This document shows, piece after piece, positions 40,401 through 52,600 of a stretch of DNA of 64,000 nucleotides. The notes beneath the pieces were generated by a model. It worked only from the letters and a program-made list of their open reading frames with translations. It searched no databases and was not told the DNA's origin. A program made the translations under genes and the position numbers. The DNA comes from Ascidiella aspersa (lineage: Eukaryota), in contig OZ004610.1 of assembly GCA_963924565.1 (NCBI GenBank), forward strand, positions 9,672,001-9,736,000, given 5' to 3'. Position 1 is the stretch's first letter. Every line of letters begins with the position of its first letter.

Positions 40401-43400
40401 ACATACGGGTGGGGTATACGTCAGCTCACCCCCACCCCCAACCTTCAACCTTCGCCGCCTACAAATTACCAGTCACTTTGCTTGAAGCACAAATAACATT
40501 TAGTGCAGTCGATTGGGAGCTCTTTCAATTTGGTACGTAAAAAAAACAAAAAATACAAAATAAAAAGCTACGGCCAACAAATTATGCTTTACGCAAAATA
40601 TTTGGGTTAGGGTTTTGGGTGTGGGTGGGTCAAGTATTATTATATTCATTATTACTATTAATAATGCTTGACCCACCCAAAACAAAACGCTTACCCGCAC
40701 CCTAAACCACATATTGTGCGTTGCGGTATTTTTAGACCGTACCTTTTTATTTATTTTTTGCATTACTTTCTACGTATCAAAACGAAAGAGCCCCAATAGT
40801 TGCAATGTCTTTTGGTGTTGTTCGCGTTTGTGTCCATTATTTGTTAAGTAAAACCTTTTTCGCCGCATCGCTGATTCATTCAAGTCATACAATTGTTCGA
40901 AATAAGTGCGTTTTCGCTGTAAACATTAGCCGCAGTCGTGACCTTATTTTTTGCTTTTTTAGCATAACCAAAGAAGATTTGCTGTCGTGGCAGGAGAGCT
41001 TCGACACCCTCCTCAAATGTCCAGGTAAGGATTTTAATGTATGTTGTGCGCACTGCGTTTCATATCTTTGTAGTGCTTCGTTTCGGTTTCAGTTTCAGTT
41101 TTTTTTGTCGCATGCTTTCGTGAACGATTGCTGCAGTGGCCAACGTAAAATACCGATACCAAAACAAATATATATGCTTGTTTTTAAGGTACAACGATTT
41201 AAAAATACCGATTTGGGCGGAAGTTTAAACAGCACCTAAGCTTCTCAAACGCACAACCTCACTATTCCATTACCTTTCACCCTACCTATTTTGGTTTTTG
41301 AATTGGGTACCATTCGATTTCTATATAACTGAGCCAATCCCTTACTGTAGTGCTTCTCAATCTATGGGTCGCGACCCCAAAAGGGGTCGCAGTTTGATTT
41401 GGTTGGGTTGCCGATCGCAGTAGTTCATACGGTTATATTAATTAAGATTGGCTCTGAGCAAGATTTGTCAAAAATTAAAGAAAATTAAGGAAGCAATGCA
41501 AATAATGTCTTAAATTAATTAAAAAAAAAATAGAAAAAAATTATACTGATGTCTTATATTTAGTTTTATTATAAGAAGCTTAGCGAAGAGAATTGAGTCG
41601 CCAAAGCAAGCTGTTGTACTTACGCTTAAAGTTTGGGTCGCCGCAAAAAACGTGTTGTGAAACACTGCCTTACTGGTTTCGCTCGCTACGGTAACAGCCT
41701 CGTGTAGCCATAGTCACCAATCTAAAACTATGTATCCCTGACATACCAAAAAACACCTTACGGGAAACCCCTTTCCGCTATGTGTTTTTATCTATTGAAT
41801 CCGCTTCCTTACAGCGGGTCGCTACGTGTTCAAATCCTTCCTGGAGTCGGAGATTGCCGACGAGAACCTCAAGTTTTGGCTGGCGTGCGAGGACCTCAAG
41901 AAAATGACCAAACAGAAGCGAGCCACCAAGATGGCGCGCGACATCTACGACACCTACATCAACGTTTATTCGCCGCACGAGGTACTTTGTTTTTTTTTTC
42001 TCTGAAAGTGGGACCAGCGCCCAACTGCCATTCTGCTGATTTTTGTTCAAAGCCATTTTTTACCATGTTCGTTATGATGATTCTGTGTATCATTTGGTAT
42101 ATAGCCTGCTTGGCATGCGAAAAAATGGAAGGTATAATTTATTTGTGGTGTAGCACTCTATGTCTATGTGGTCAATTTACTGATTTCTTGCATTTTGTCG
42201 CGTAACAGTGCCAATTAAAACAATTTAGGCAACTATAATTAATAGGTAGTGATTTAAGCTCCAGCCAGCATGCAAACGGTTTGTTCGGCGGCCACATGTG
42301 TAGTTTTTGACATTCCCTCGAGCCGCGTTATGGACACCGTATAGTGCCTCTCTAGCGGCCGTGACGCCATAAAATAGGCCCTTCTCAAAACATACCGTAT
42401 TCCACCTTCTTTAGCCTACACTAGCGCAAATAGATTTTCTACGCGTCACGTCGGTCGAGGTATAAGGCGGAAGCAGAAATTGCAAATTTTCCGCGGGCTG
42501 CATAATGCGTCACCGCTTGGGCTTCTAATTGGCTAGGGTCATCGCTCAAATAGTGGCCCGTTTCGGTTATGGTCTTGTCGACAATTCGACAGTGGCCATT
42601 TTGGTCACCGAAATGACGTCACTACCAACGCGCAATGACGCGGCGGCTTGTCGATGATTAAATCACTGTCGTGCACTTGCGTCACTGCTCTCGCGGTCGC
42701 TTCCGAATTTCGATTGTTCATTATAGCGCGGTATTGATTATACGGTAGCAGTGTGCCGGGTTGCGTTATTGAGCGTCCCCACTTCGCAGGTATATTCGAG
42801 TCTTTTCGCGATGGTATTTGTTTTACCCGCCGACACTAGCAATGTTTACAATCGGGCGTTGCGGTGCTCAAATGTCATGGCTTCTCTGCTCGTCACCGCC
42901 ATTAAGATCACCCACAATATAAATACCCATAAATATGGTTCAAGTATTACTTTAACCCGTTGAACTGTGCATTTTTGAAATAAATATGCCCATTATACCA
43001 ATAGAGTCACATTTCCATTGCGATGTTCAATTTCTCAGAAAAAAAATTGATAACCTACTGCGTTAAAGAGTGTGTTTAAACATTTGTTGAACTAGTAAAC
43101 AGCACTAAAAAAATCAAAACGCCGAATTCTGTTTTATGTGCTTGTTTTCATGCTCTGTATCGAACTTTGTATTTACATATTACTTTTACTTGAAAAATGA
43201 CTAGTTAGGTCTGTCGGATAACACCGGACCGGAGCATAAAGTGGTTGTATTGGTATATACGGTGGTGGTATTGGTAGTCATCCGATACCCGGCTGATATC
43301 GGTATCGGTGCCGATCCAATACCAAATTTTTTGTGCATGTTAGTCATGTTTGCAAACCAACGTAGAATCTTCTTCTTTAAAACTGTAATAACATATTGTG

Positions 43401-46212
43401 TTCAAAATCGAAGATAAATAGGCTTCTTGGCGCAAAAGCAAATTTAGGCCAAATACTGCAAAAATCGGTACTATTGTCATAATCATTTTAATCTATTTAG
43501 CTTATTTGATTGTAGTATGACGTCATATAATATAAATATGTAAATTGCTGGCATGGCGTGTTTTGCTCAGCACAACTTTTAACACGTGGTCTTTGGGCGC
43601 AGGTGAACATCGACTACAAGATGCGAGAGGACATCGTCGACCAACTGAAGAACAAGCTCGACTCGACCGTGTTCACCCAAGCGCAGCACCAAATCTACAC
43701 GCTCATGCACCGTGACTCCTACCCGAGGTTCCTGTCGTCGCAAATGCTCAGCGATCTAACTGTGGAAGTGCTCGGTGGGTAGACACAAAAAAACTGAAGG
43801 GTTTTAGTGTTTTTTATTGCGGAAACGTCGAAATCAAATATAATTTTTTAGCGAATCAGATTTTTTTTAAATTTTCTAACTGACTTTGGTTCAAGTTTTT
43901 CATATGATACTCAAGAGCCGATAAAGTTGCTTTAAAAGGGGGAAGGTTTAATCACATAACAATAAAATTGCCCTTTAGGATTAAATTGATTTATTGTCGA
44001 ATCATTCAAACCATACCTTGAATGAAATCGTTAAAGTGATGTAAGGCAAGTATTGAGTGGACTTATTTTACATTTTCTTTGTTGCCAATAAGTTTTTTAT
44101 TGCAATATCGCCTACATAGGTTTGAAAATTGCCAAAAAAATTTATTAAACCGCACTAAGCAGCAGGGACGCGGCATCGCAATTACACCAACCTGTTTTCA
44201 CAAAAAGGGTTATTTCAAGTTGCAACGCATGTATTCCTAAAACGAGGCTCAAGTAAAAGCAAACCATAGCCAGCTAACAGCGGCAAAATTGATTTTCGGG
44301 GCAGTCGACTTGTATCGGCACCGTCGCCGCCGTCGCCCGAGTTGCTTTCCCCAGCAAATCGTGCTCTGCAAGTAAGACGACATGGACGAGCCGCCCCCGT
44401 ACAGACTCGCGTGTTTTCGAATCGATTTCGCTGCGACAATCGAGCTGCAAAGGGCCACAATCCGCAACGGGAAAAATCAATTTCTTTCTTGCTGTATAGC
44501 AAATAAAAATGTAGCAGCGGCAGCAGCAGGCAGAAGGCTGGCGCTACGAATAAATATGCTGGTTGTTGTGCCAAATGCAAATTTGTTTGTCGTAATAAAC
44601 TTATCAGGCCTGGAGAATAGCCTCTATATCTTGTAGCAGCATGCGTCAAGTGGGGTTAAATTACACAGATCACATTCGAATTTTGTGATTAGTTACCGAT
44701 CAAATACATCTCATTCGATGTCGTATTGCCAAAAATGATAAATAACATCTACTCACTGTTATTCGTTGTTTAAACTTTGGGAATTTAAGAATAGAATTAG
44801 CTCCACCAGGCAACATATCAATAGATAGAAATCCCTCTTCTGGTGTAAACGGAAGTATGGGAATGTTTATCGTAAACTGGCGAGCATTTCGCCGCGTTGC
44901 TTGGCCCGGATTGCCGACTGGGGCAACCGATTCGCAGTGATAACGTGGGAAGAATTGCCGTCTATGTTGAGCCAACCCAGGCTTGCGCGGGCCACACGGC
45001 ACACAAAGATCAGGGGACGGCTACGGCGCTCGCGTAGGCTCTCGCGCACTAAATTAAGCTCTTTAAGACGGCGTACAACGGCGTTTCTACTGAATTATTG
45101 ATCTCCGACATAGCCCCGGCCGCGGCCCCCACTGCGCTGCTTATTTCCCTCAGTAAACTCGCTCGCCGCAGTTGTTCCTCGCCGCCCGCTTCCCGTCCGT
45201 AATTGCACGTTCGATTAATCCGGCGACATTGTTGCAGCGGCGTATTGCCGTGTAGCGACATCGAATCAGCATCTGTAAGGCCGAGCAGCGAACGGCCAGA
45301 TTTAGATCGAATCGATAGCGCAACATTGCTACTGCCCGCATACACAGTCACCTCCGCAACACAACACAACATACCCCGGCCCGATTCAATAGCCTTGGGC
45401 AAGCTGATTTTAATTTCCCTGTTTTATGCGTTGTATCGCAGAGGTATATTTAGCATCATTTTTTAGATTTACGAAACTGGGAAATTTGACCACTACCACA
45501 TCCACTACTATATAGCCTTCGTTACGGCGCTGGCATGGAATCCCACAGTGCGAGTTTCTGGCCAGCATATCATATGATTTTCTCGCTAACCGGAAATAAC
45601 CTAGAAGTTATTTATCGTGCTTAAATATACTTTTTCACTTCGCAGGACTTGATTTTTTTCTTCCCTGGTTCCGCTTTTACAATAAATTAATTAAGAAAAC
45701 ATAATTTGTGTTGACCATGCAGTGGTTTGCAACCTTTTTGGCTTGCCATGCAGAAATTATATATATATCTCCTTGAGCGTTAAGAATGGCACTCTAGAGT
45801 GCCGCGGTACCCCGGTTGAGAACCACTTCCACAGCGCTAACGATCCGTGGTATTTTACGTTTTAGGTCGCGTCAACAAGGGCGACAAGTCCAAGTCGGAA
45901 GGATCGCTGAGAGCGACCGAGCTGATAGTGTGCTGCTGTTGCCGGAGACAAGGCAGCGTCCGCGAGCCCGAGCGTGAATCCTCGCCGAAATCCCCCCGTT
46001 CCGACGCCGGCATCGAGATGAACCACGTGGCCGAGAACCAATCCCACCGGAGCTCGCGGACCGTGAGCCGTAGAAGCAGCAGCAGTGGCGAAGGGGAAGC
46101 GGCTGAAATCGGTACTCTTCCGGTTGGCGAACCTGCCAATGGCGACACTAAGCGGCCGGTCGAGCAGCAGATTTCGGCCGCCGGGAGCGACAAAGGGCAG
46201 ACCGAGACGTGA
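25464..46212 (+). CDS. Regulator of G-protein signalling, RZ-family-like (RGS17/19/20), multi-exon model
   Basis: Confident RGS-domain exons: 40963-41024 (ITKEDLLSWQESFDTLLKCP), 41815-41981 (AGRYVFKSFLESEIADENLKFWLACEDLK...SPHE) and 43603-43774 (VNIDYKMRE...AQHQIYTLMHRDSYPRFLSS). Terminal exon 45866-46212 joins in phase 1. Phase-compatible upstream candidates: 25464-25586, 32007-32168, 36924-37060 and 39761-39847. The 5' end is uncertain. Confidence 0.8.
29773..30162. mobile_element. hAT-type MITE (GGTGCAC family)
   Basis: TIR CACTGCTCTTCAACC / GGTTGAAGAGCACTG; decayed TSD TACTAGAG / TACCCGAT. Confidence 0.75.
30471..30951. mobile_element. hAT-type MITE (GGGGTCGCG family)
   Basis: Termini CTGGGCTTCCCAAACT...AGTTTAGTCCCTG; TSD TGTTACTC / GGTTACTC. 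Confidence 0.75.
32007..32168 (+). CDS. Candidate RGS exon with cysteine string (SWTLWHAVGASCCCCERALMRD...DCQQ)
   Basis: Acceptor ttttcaatacag, donor CAG|GTAGGT, 162 nt, phase 0-0, open frame; absent from the ORF track. Confidence 0.55.
34911..35390. mobile_element. MITE with TAGGGATGC...GCATTCCCT termini and AAGTC repeats
   Basis: Imperfect terminal inverted repeat; many internal (c)aagtc motifs. Confidence 0.6.
36527..36814. mobile_element. hAT-type MITE (CGTGCC family)
   Basis: TIR TAGGGGAGGCCAAC / GTTGGACACCCCTG; perfect 8-bp TSD CATTATAG. Confidence 0.85.
36924..37060 (+). CDS. RGS exon (IYIGDHMTRAWTKEGKAVSP...HKSPT)
   Basis: Acceptor tttctcgtttattcgactgcag, donor AC|GTGAGT; only frame 0 is open and it ends in phase 2, matching the downstream RGS exons. 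Confidence 0.7.
38489..38750 (+). mobile_element. hAT-type MITE, GCGGCACAC family
   Basis: TIR CAGTGGTTCCAAAAC / GTTTGTGAATCACTG; TSD GTTTATGC / GTTTACGT; colinear with 56393-56673. Confidence 0.85.
39761..39847 (+). CDS. Candidate symmetric 87-nt RGS exon (GYPSRTHSRRKSTTKWRPKSPREILLIF)
   Basis: Strong acceptor tcttgctctttgttcag, donor CAG|GTTGGT; fits as phase 2-2 between exons 36924-37060 and 40963-41024. Confidence 0.5.
40515..40794. mobile_element. Palindromic (fold-back) MITE with GGGTTAGGG core
   Basis: Arms GGGAGCTCTTTCAATTTGGTACGTA / TACGTATCAAAACGAAAGAGCCCC, plus an internal inverted repeat GGGTGGGTCAAG / CTTGACCCACCC. Confidence 0.75.
41348..41667. mobile_element. hAT-type MITE (GGGTCGC family) in an RGS intron
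   Basis: TIR TAGTGCTTCTCAA / TTGTGAAACACTG; perfect 8-bp TSD CCTTACTG. Confidence 0.85.
45720..45828. mobile_element. Short hAT-type MITE remnant
   Basis: CAGTGGTTTGCAACC...GGTTGAGAACCACT termini; no clear TSD. Confidence 0.55.
45866..46212 (+). CDS. Terminal RGS exon: Cys string (IVCCCCRR) plus Ser/Arg-rich low-complexity tail
   Basis: Acceptor tattttacgttttag in phase 1 matches the donor CTCG|GTGGGT at 43774; GC3-rich codon usage like the other exons; stop TGA ends at 46212. Confidence 0.75.
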
Positions 46213-47804
46213 TGCGATTTGCTTGCCCCGGCACGTTCGTCTGTGGTCCGCTGTCGTACATTTTATCAAGAAGAGTGGCCGTGCGGCGGACACTGCGGAG
46301 ATCAAATGTTCTGTGCGAGCGCGCTAGGTCTATTTCCCCTTTTGCCCCCCACCCTCTCGCGAACTTCGCGTTCTATATAGGCGACCGCGAGCGCTGCTCT
46401 TTCCAGTATTACCATGTCGCCGTTGCACAAAGTTGACCCTTCCTTTTTCGTATTCTTACCTTTTTCTGTTAAACGGCGACGCGGAATTGGTCTACTTTTC
46501 GAATTGATTTCTCTGTTCGAGTGCGTCAACTGCAAAACGGATTTGGACTGAATACATAACCTAGTCGTAATGAAATTTGTTGCTGACTTTGCCGTTTGGC
46601 ATAAATTCCAGTAGGTGAAGACCCGTTACTACCATCAGCTCCTTTTAGTTGTTTTAAAGTTTTAAAACCAAGGTGCAATAACAGCCTGCTTTGTCCGGCG
46701 CGAACCGCTTACAAAGCAACCTGAACCCTGTTTTGATTTTTCCGCGGTTTTAACGACATTTTCATTCATTCCTTTTAATGTCTTTTTTAACGTTGAAAAA
46801 AAAAAACGGTTCGCAAAGGCTCGTCGAGTGAGCTAACCTTTTTTATCGTCGACTCTGTGTTTGCGGAGTTCTTGACATTTTGCTCGCGTCTCCCTTTTTT
46901 GCTGTGTTACCATTTTATTTTGTGACTGTGCTTCTTCACTTAACCCGAAGGGTCGAACGCAAGATTCCACGCGCCCCCGATTTTCACGCTTTGACCAAAC
47001 ACTCTCTAGTAACGCGACCGACGAGTCACTGCCGGCCATTTTCACCCCCAAGGCAAATCGTGCGACCTTTATTCGCGGTTGCCACTGACTTGTATGCGAT
47101 GCGATATCAATTGACTAAACTAAAATAGTTTGACATTTCAACGGGGGTTCTTGTTTTATATACTTGCGTGCGATCGTCAATAGATTATGCGGGAATTTGG
47201 TTTCAGCGGTTCGGCAATTTATTCCTGTATACCAATGCGAAATCTGAGGATTTGGTATATTTCGATTTTCCCGTCGATTGAAAACACCACTAGCACACAT
47301 CGTGATTTGTCGTTGTTGTTCTCGTTGTATTTATCGCAGGCAAATGGCACATGGAGCGTAGGCCTTATCGTCTATGATGTACCCAAATTGCCCGCGAAAT
47401 TATGTTTTCACCTGTCGAACTAAGCCGTCTTGCTTATCCGTCCAATCAACTCAACGAGCGTCTGACAACTCGCTTTGTATTCGACTTTGCAGTCGCCCAC
47501 CCGATTGGAATGGATTTTTGCTGCTTTTCAAAGTTTATTTTACTACTTTCGTGCCGTCGCTTGACGCGCAACCCTCCCCTCCACACTTTTGCAGTATTTT
47601 ATTTGCTTATTCTCTGTAAAGCAATTGGGATTTACGTGTTATGGTAGATTTTGATGTTGGTAGCGTTTTGTTTATAAGTGGTGAGAAAGTCTACTCTTTA
47701 AAACAAAAATAGGAAATTATCGTACACTTTTCAACGGTTGGTCGAGAAGCTTATTTACCCGTTTCGAGGCGGACAAAACGTGTGTGTGTGTTTTAAAGTG
47801 TCGA

Positions 47805-47810
47805 AATAAA
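47805..47810 (+). terminator. Candidate polyadenylation signal of the RGS gene (3' UTR about 1.6 kb)
   Basis: AATAAA at the end of the CpG-rich stretch after the stop at 46212; composition turns AT-rich right after it. Confidence 0.5.
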
Positions 47811-49654
47811 ACCATTGATAAAACTCGGTTCTGAATAGATACAGCCAGCTTTGATATTTAGTAGCACCTTTAGTTAGTTTAAATAGGTTAAGATTTTAAA
47901 CCATTTTTAGGACCGATTCTAAATTTTATTTGTTTACTGCAGTAAAAAAAACCTCTTACAACTGATTCTAAATTTGCCAAGTATTCATGAAAATACTGAA
48001 AGATTAGGATCAAAATACAAATTTAAATACTTGTTATAAATTTAAAGTTGTAGTACCAATTTTGGCCTAATAACCTGGAACAAATACCGTAACATGTTTA
48101 AGTTTTATAAATTTTTTAACATTCATTTTATTCCAATGCCGATACCTGATATTTTAGATTGTTAGTCAAAACTTGTGCGTTTAACGTAAAGTCTTACAAA
48201 TTTAAAAAATATCTTTCAAGGTAAAATTGCTGCTCTGGATTGCGAAACATGAATAGAATCCTACATCAATTTCGTATAGGTTCGGTACCCATAGGCTACC
48301 ACCACTTATAGGGTATCGGCTCCGATCCGATATTATCGAGTATCTCTACTTGTTGCCTACATAAATTCTGATTTTCTTTTTGCGAAATATATCAATATTT
48401 TAGCTTTTGCCTTAGGTAAAAAATATATTCAGGTTTAGATATTAATTTTCTTGTTTTTGGTGAAATGTAGCTTTTATTTTTTTAAAGATTTTCTACAAAT
48501 TGAAAAAAAAAACACTACACTAAAGAACGGAAATCAGAAATCTTAGAGCAAATTCACGCATTCGTACCGGAAAACTGGGCAAAACGGACCCCTCACTATT
48601 CTCGTTAACGCAACCAGCGTCAATGTATGTTTGCTGACTCTTGCCGAAAAAACGTTTGTGGCAAGAAATTTAGACAGATCAGAATATGCACAAACTAGGG
48701 AAGGGAGAAAATGTGTTTTGGGGATGTTGTTATAGAGCTAGTACAGTAAAATTATGTGTTTGCTACTAAAGTTCAAGTAAAGGTGAAATTATTTATTGGC
48801 CAAATAATTTGTAGATAAGGGTCTGTTTATCAATCCGAGACAGTTGGACTTTTTAAGTTTAAAGGTTTTAAAAAAATCAGGTTTTCATGGGATGCAAAGC
48901 GTTGGGACAAGACATGTAATCGTATACTTACGATTTTTATATGCCGCAAATATATATTTTTTCGCAAAATTATATTAAAAAAGAAATATTTCGGAATTCA
49001 TATAGGGTTGGTGAGGGTAAAATATGCCCTTAATTTTAAGAAAATATAAAATCGCATAATTTTTTTAATTGAAAAAATGTTATAACACTTTTAGGTGATT
49101 ATAGAAATTAGGTCTGTTCTGGGAAAAACGTTTGTCCAGTGAGGATTCTAAGAAGTTTTTTAGCAATGCACAATACGATAAACTTTAAATGCAACCACCT
49201 TGTTTGTCAAAAGCAACTGTAATTTTGCGACAACTTTATTGTTAAAATCTGTCAACATAAAACGCAGGGTAAAAAACATATATCTTTTAAACTCTACTAT
49301 TTACAGTTTCACAGTGAGAAAGGAAAGGCCGGGGAAAAGTAATCTGTCAAAACATACAAATTATAATTTCTTAGTATATAATAATCTATATTAATAAATT
49401 TAAAACGCATACATGAAAAAAACGGCAATTATACCAAAAGGAGATTAATAAGTTGGATAGTCGAAAGTCAATTTATAGTTCAAAAGTTCGCAACAACCAA
49501 ACATTTTGTATAAAAATATGGCATTGATCTAAAACCAACAAAACTCAAAACTTAAAAAAGCAAGGCATTTAGTTTGTTCTTCAGGTACTTGTCCGAAAGC
49601 AACACCAAACGTACAGTCGACACGCACAAAAACACACACCACAACGGAAAACGT

Positions 49655-52600
49655 CTAGTCAGAGTTGAGGGTGAGACAGACCCCTTGCAGGACCCAGTGG
49701 GAGACGTGGTCGTTTGTGTGGAGATCGGCCTGGAACACCAAACCCACTCCCATTGCGTTGCGGCGCATCGAGGTCGTGTACACCGGGGTTGTGAGCGTGT
49801 TCTGCAGTTTAAGGCGGTGTGCCTCGATCGGGATAACTGTAAAGCGAAAAGGACACCTTACAATACTGTTTGGTTCCCGAAGCCAGTCGGATATTCGGAC
49901 AAAACTGGACAAACATTATTTCTGATAGATTTTTTTAGGCTCGTGGCGGATTTGGCTGACCCAAATGAAGACAAATAAGTGCTATCAGAAAAAGAATTTT
50001 TTTTCTGATAAAATTTTCAATGTAATACAATGCATCCCCCCGTCAATCGACGAAAATTTTGGGGCAGCAAAATAGCTCTTCACGAATTCTGCCAAAAAAT
50101 CGAGGGGATGAATTGTATTACACTGAAAATTTTTCAGAAAACATGTTGTTGTTTTTTTAGCTAAAATTAGACAAGCACTTAGCACTTATTTGTCATCATT
50201 TGGGTCGGCCAAATCGACAGCTGGCCTGAAAAAATCCTTAAAAAAAAAACTGCGTATTTTTACTTTTTTTCAATTGTTAGGACATCACATATAGTGTTTG
50301 TGTTGACATTTTCATTTTGCAGACACCTTGCGTTTCCACAGGATTTTAATTTACATTTAATAGTCTAGTTTAGACACTATTTACGCTTTGTTTGGTTGTA
50401 ATACAAAATTATATGCAACGAATAGACGCCAGTGTTCTGGTTACAGAGTTGTATATATTGAGAAGAATGCAGGTGTTGCGGCTTTCATTTTATTAATAGG
50501 ACACAATTTGCTGATTAATATTGTTTCGCATAACGTAAAAAATTACAACACAAAATCAAAAGTCAGGTAATATCGTAAAGTTTTCTTCTTAGACACACAA
50601 AAAAAACAGTTTATTACCTTTCAGTACAGGAAGTTCTTGGACCAGTTCCTTGGGCTTAGGACGGATGAGACAGCAGTTTTCCAGATCCCATGCGGCTCCT
50701 TCCAAGTACAGACCGCTCACGAAACAACCTGGTGTGGTCAAAATAATGTTTTTGAGTCTTGGTTACCTTTATGACTTTGCAAGCAAGACAGGCATATGAC
50801 TTTCCACCGAGAAAGTACGAGAAATATTTTACAACGTCAAATATTACGTGTATAAATGCGTTTAATAACAATTTAATAACAATATAAAATCGGATTTTTT
50901 ACGGGTATAGTAATGTTAATCATTGCTGAGCAAAATTTGAGCCTCATGGTGAATTATGGCAACAGCGATCGTAAATATGCTCAGTATCATTGTATCTATA
51001 CCGTTAAACTATTTTCGAAATTTTTACGCTTGTATATACTTTTGGCTATGCATTAAAAAAATAAGTGTAATCTAACGACAGTTTTGGTATAAATAGAGTT
51101 TTAAATTTCAAACCATTTTACATAAACAGGAAAATCTGCACGACATGCACTTTTAAGGTCCGACGGCTTCTGGTTTATATTGCGAACATATATTATACAT
51201 TGCACCAGAACTCTACCTTGGTGACTTCGCTCCGACACTTCTTCGACAGTCTGCCATTGCGTGACTTGCGTGTACAAAGTGGAGCGGTCCAGCGGCCAGC
51301 CGTTCTTGCGACAGGTGGCCTGCACCAGGGCGGTCAGGTACGACTCGGGGATATGAAGACCTGGAACAAGTTGAAAAAATTCTTGTAATGGGAGTAGGTT
51401 TGGTTAATTTGTTCTGCGCGCCCAAGGGGTAAAATTTAGCTAATTTTGAACAACAGGCGTATAATTTTTAATGCGCTCTTTGAATCCCAAATTCTGTTTT
51501 TCTACTTTTTAGTGATGGAGCGTAATGTTTGTTTACTTGTAACAATTTTAGAACGAGCTTACGGGCCCCTTAGTGCATTACAAACGACCCTAATTGTTTA
51601 TTTTTAAAAACTATGCCAGCACATTTATACTTTACGAAATGCATATTGTAGTCGAATTGGAATGTGTAATTCTCGAGGTTGCAGCCAAAAAACGTTGCCA
51701 TAAAATTGTAGAAAACTTCTGTTAATGATCAATGCACTCGTAGAACTCTGGAAATCAAACCTTGAGGGTTTGTGGACCCCCTAGTTATGAACCATTGGTT
51801 AAGATTTTAGTTTAAAACACAAAGTACCTGACAGCCACATAACAGCCGGTTCGCCAGAGTCCACCCAGCCCGTGTATTGCTCGAAGCGTCGCTTGTAGTG
51901 CTCCATCCAGTTGCCGAGCGACTTAAGGGTGTCGGGTGCCAGCTTGCGCCAGATGCTGGGGATTTGTCCGTTGAAGAGCGCCCGCGCCACGTCGTCCAAC
52001 TCGTTGCTCATGCCAACCTCGCCGGCAAGCGCCTGAAAAACGATATTGTGTTTTTACTTTTTTCGCCGACTTAAGAGGTACTTCGCTGTGCGTTTAAAAT
52101 ACATTATTGCTTGGTAAATTGGAGTGCATTTGAATTACTTTGATATTTTGTTTTGCATCCTTTCACCTGAAAATTTGTGGCAAAAAGAGTTGACAGTAAT
52201 TTTCAATTCGCAGCTTTCTATTCATGTTAAGTCTTTAAAGAAATATTGACTTAAAAGTCTGGCGGTTTTGTTTTCACTGATTTCGCCATTATTAAAACTT
52301 GATTCCGCTGCTATTTTAGCCATTTTATAAACAAAATATCTTAAGCGATACATAGTAAAACAAAAAAATTCTATACACAGGCGCTGGTCGCTAGTGTGGT
52401 AATATTGTACTCAAGCGCTGAAAATATTCCCAGTAACGTGATTACATCACTTTTTATTAAGGGACGTTTTAGAAATATGTGTAGAGTAACTCTGACTGTA
52501 GAAATCTTACTACTATATGATGACCACGCCTTCGTATGAGAATAGAACACCATATAGCGGCAGGAAGACTACCTAACACATTTGATATGGCAAGGACCTG

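Noticed and set aside
10650-47650. Many 60-165 aa ORFs in the supplied track (e.g. 19413-19880, 29405-29836, 31567-32064, 38449-38889, 44215-44649)
   Set aside because: No recognisable domains; many start at TTG/GTG and overlap MITEs or CpG islands. They are expected by chance in GC-richer non-coding DNA.
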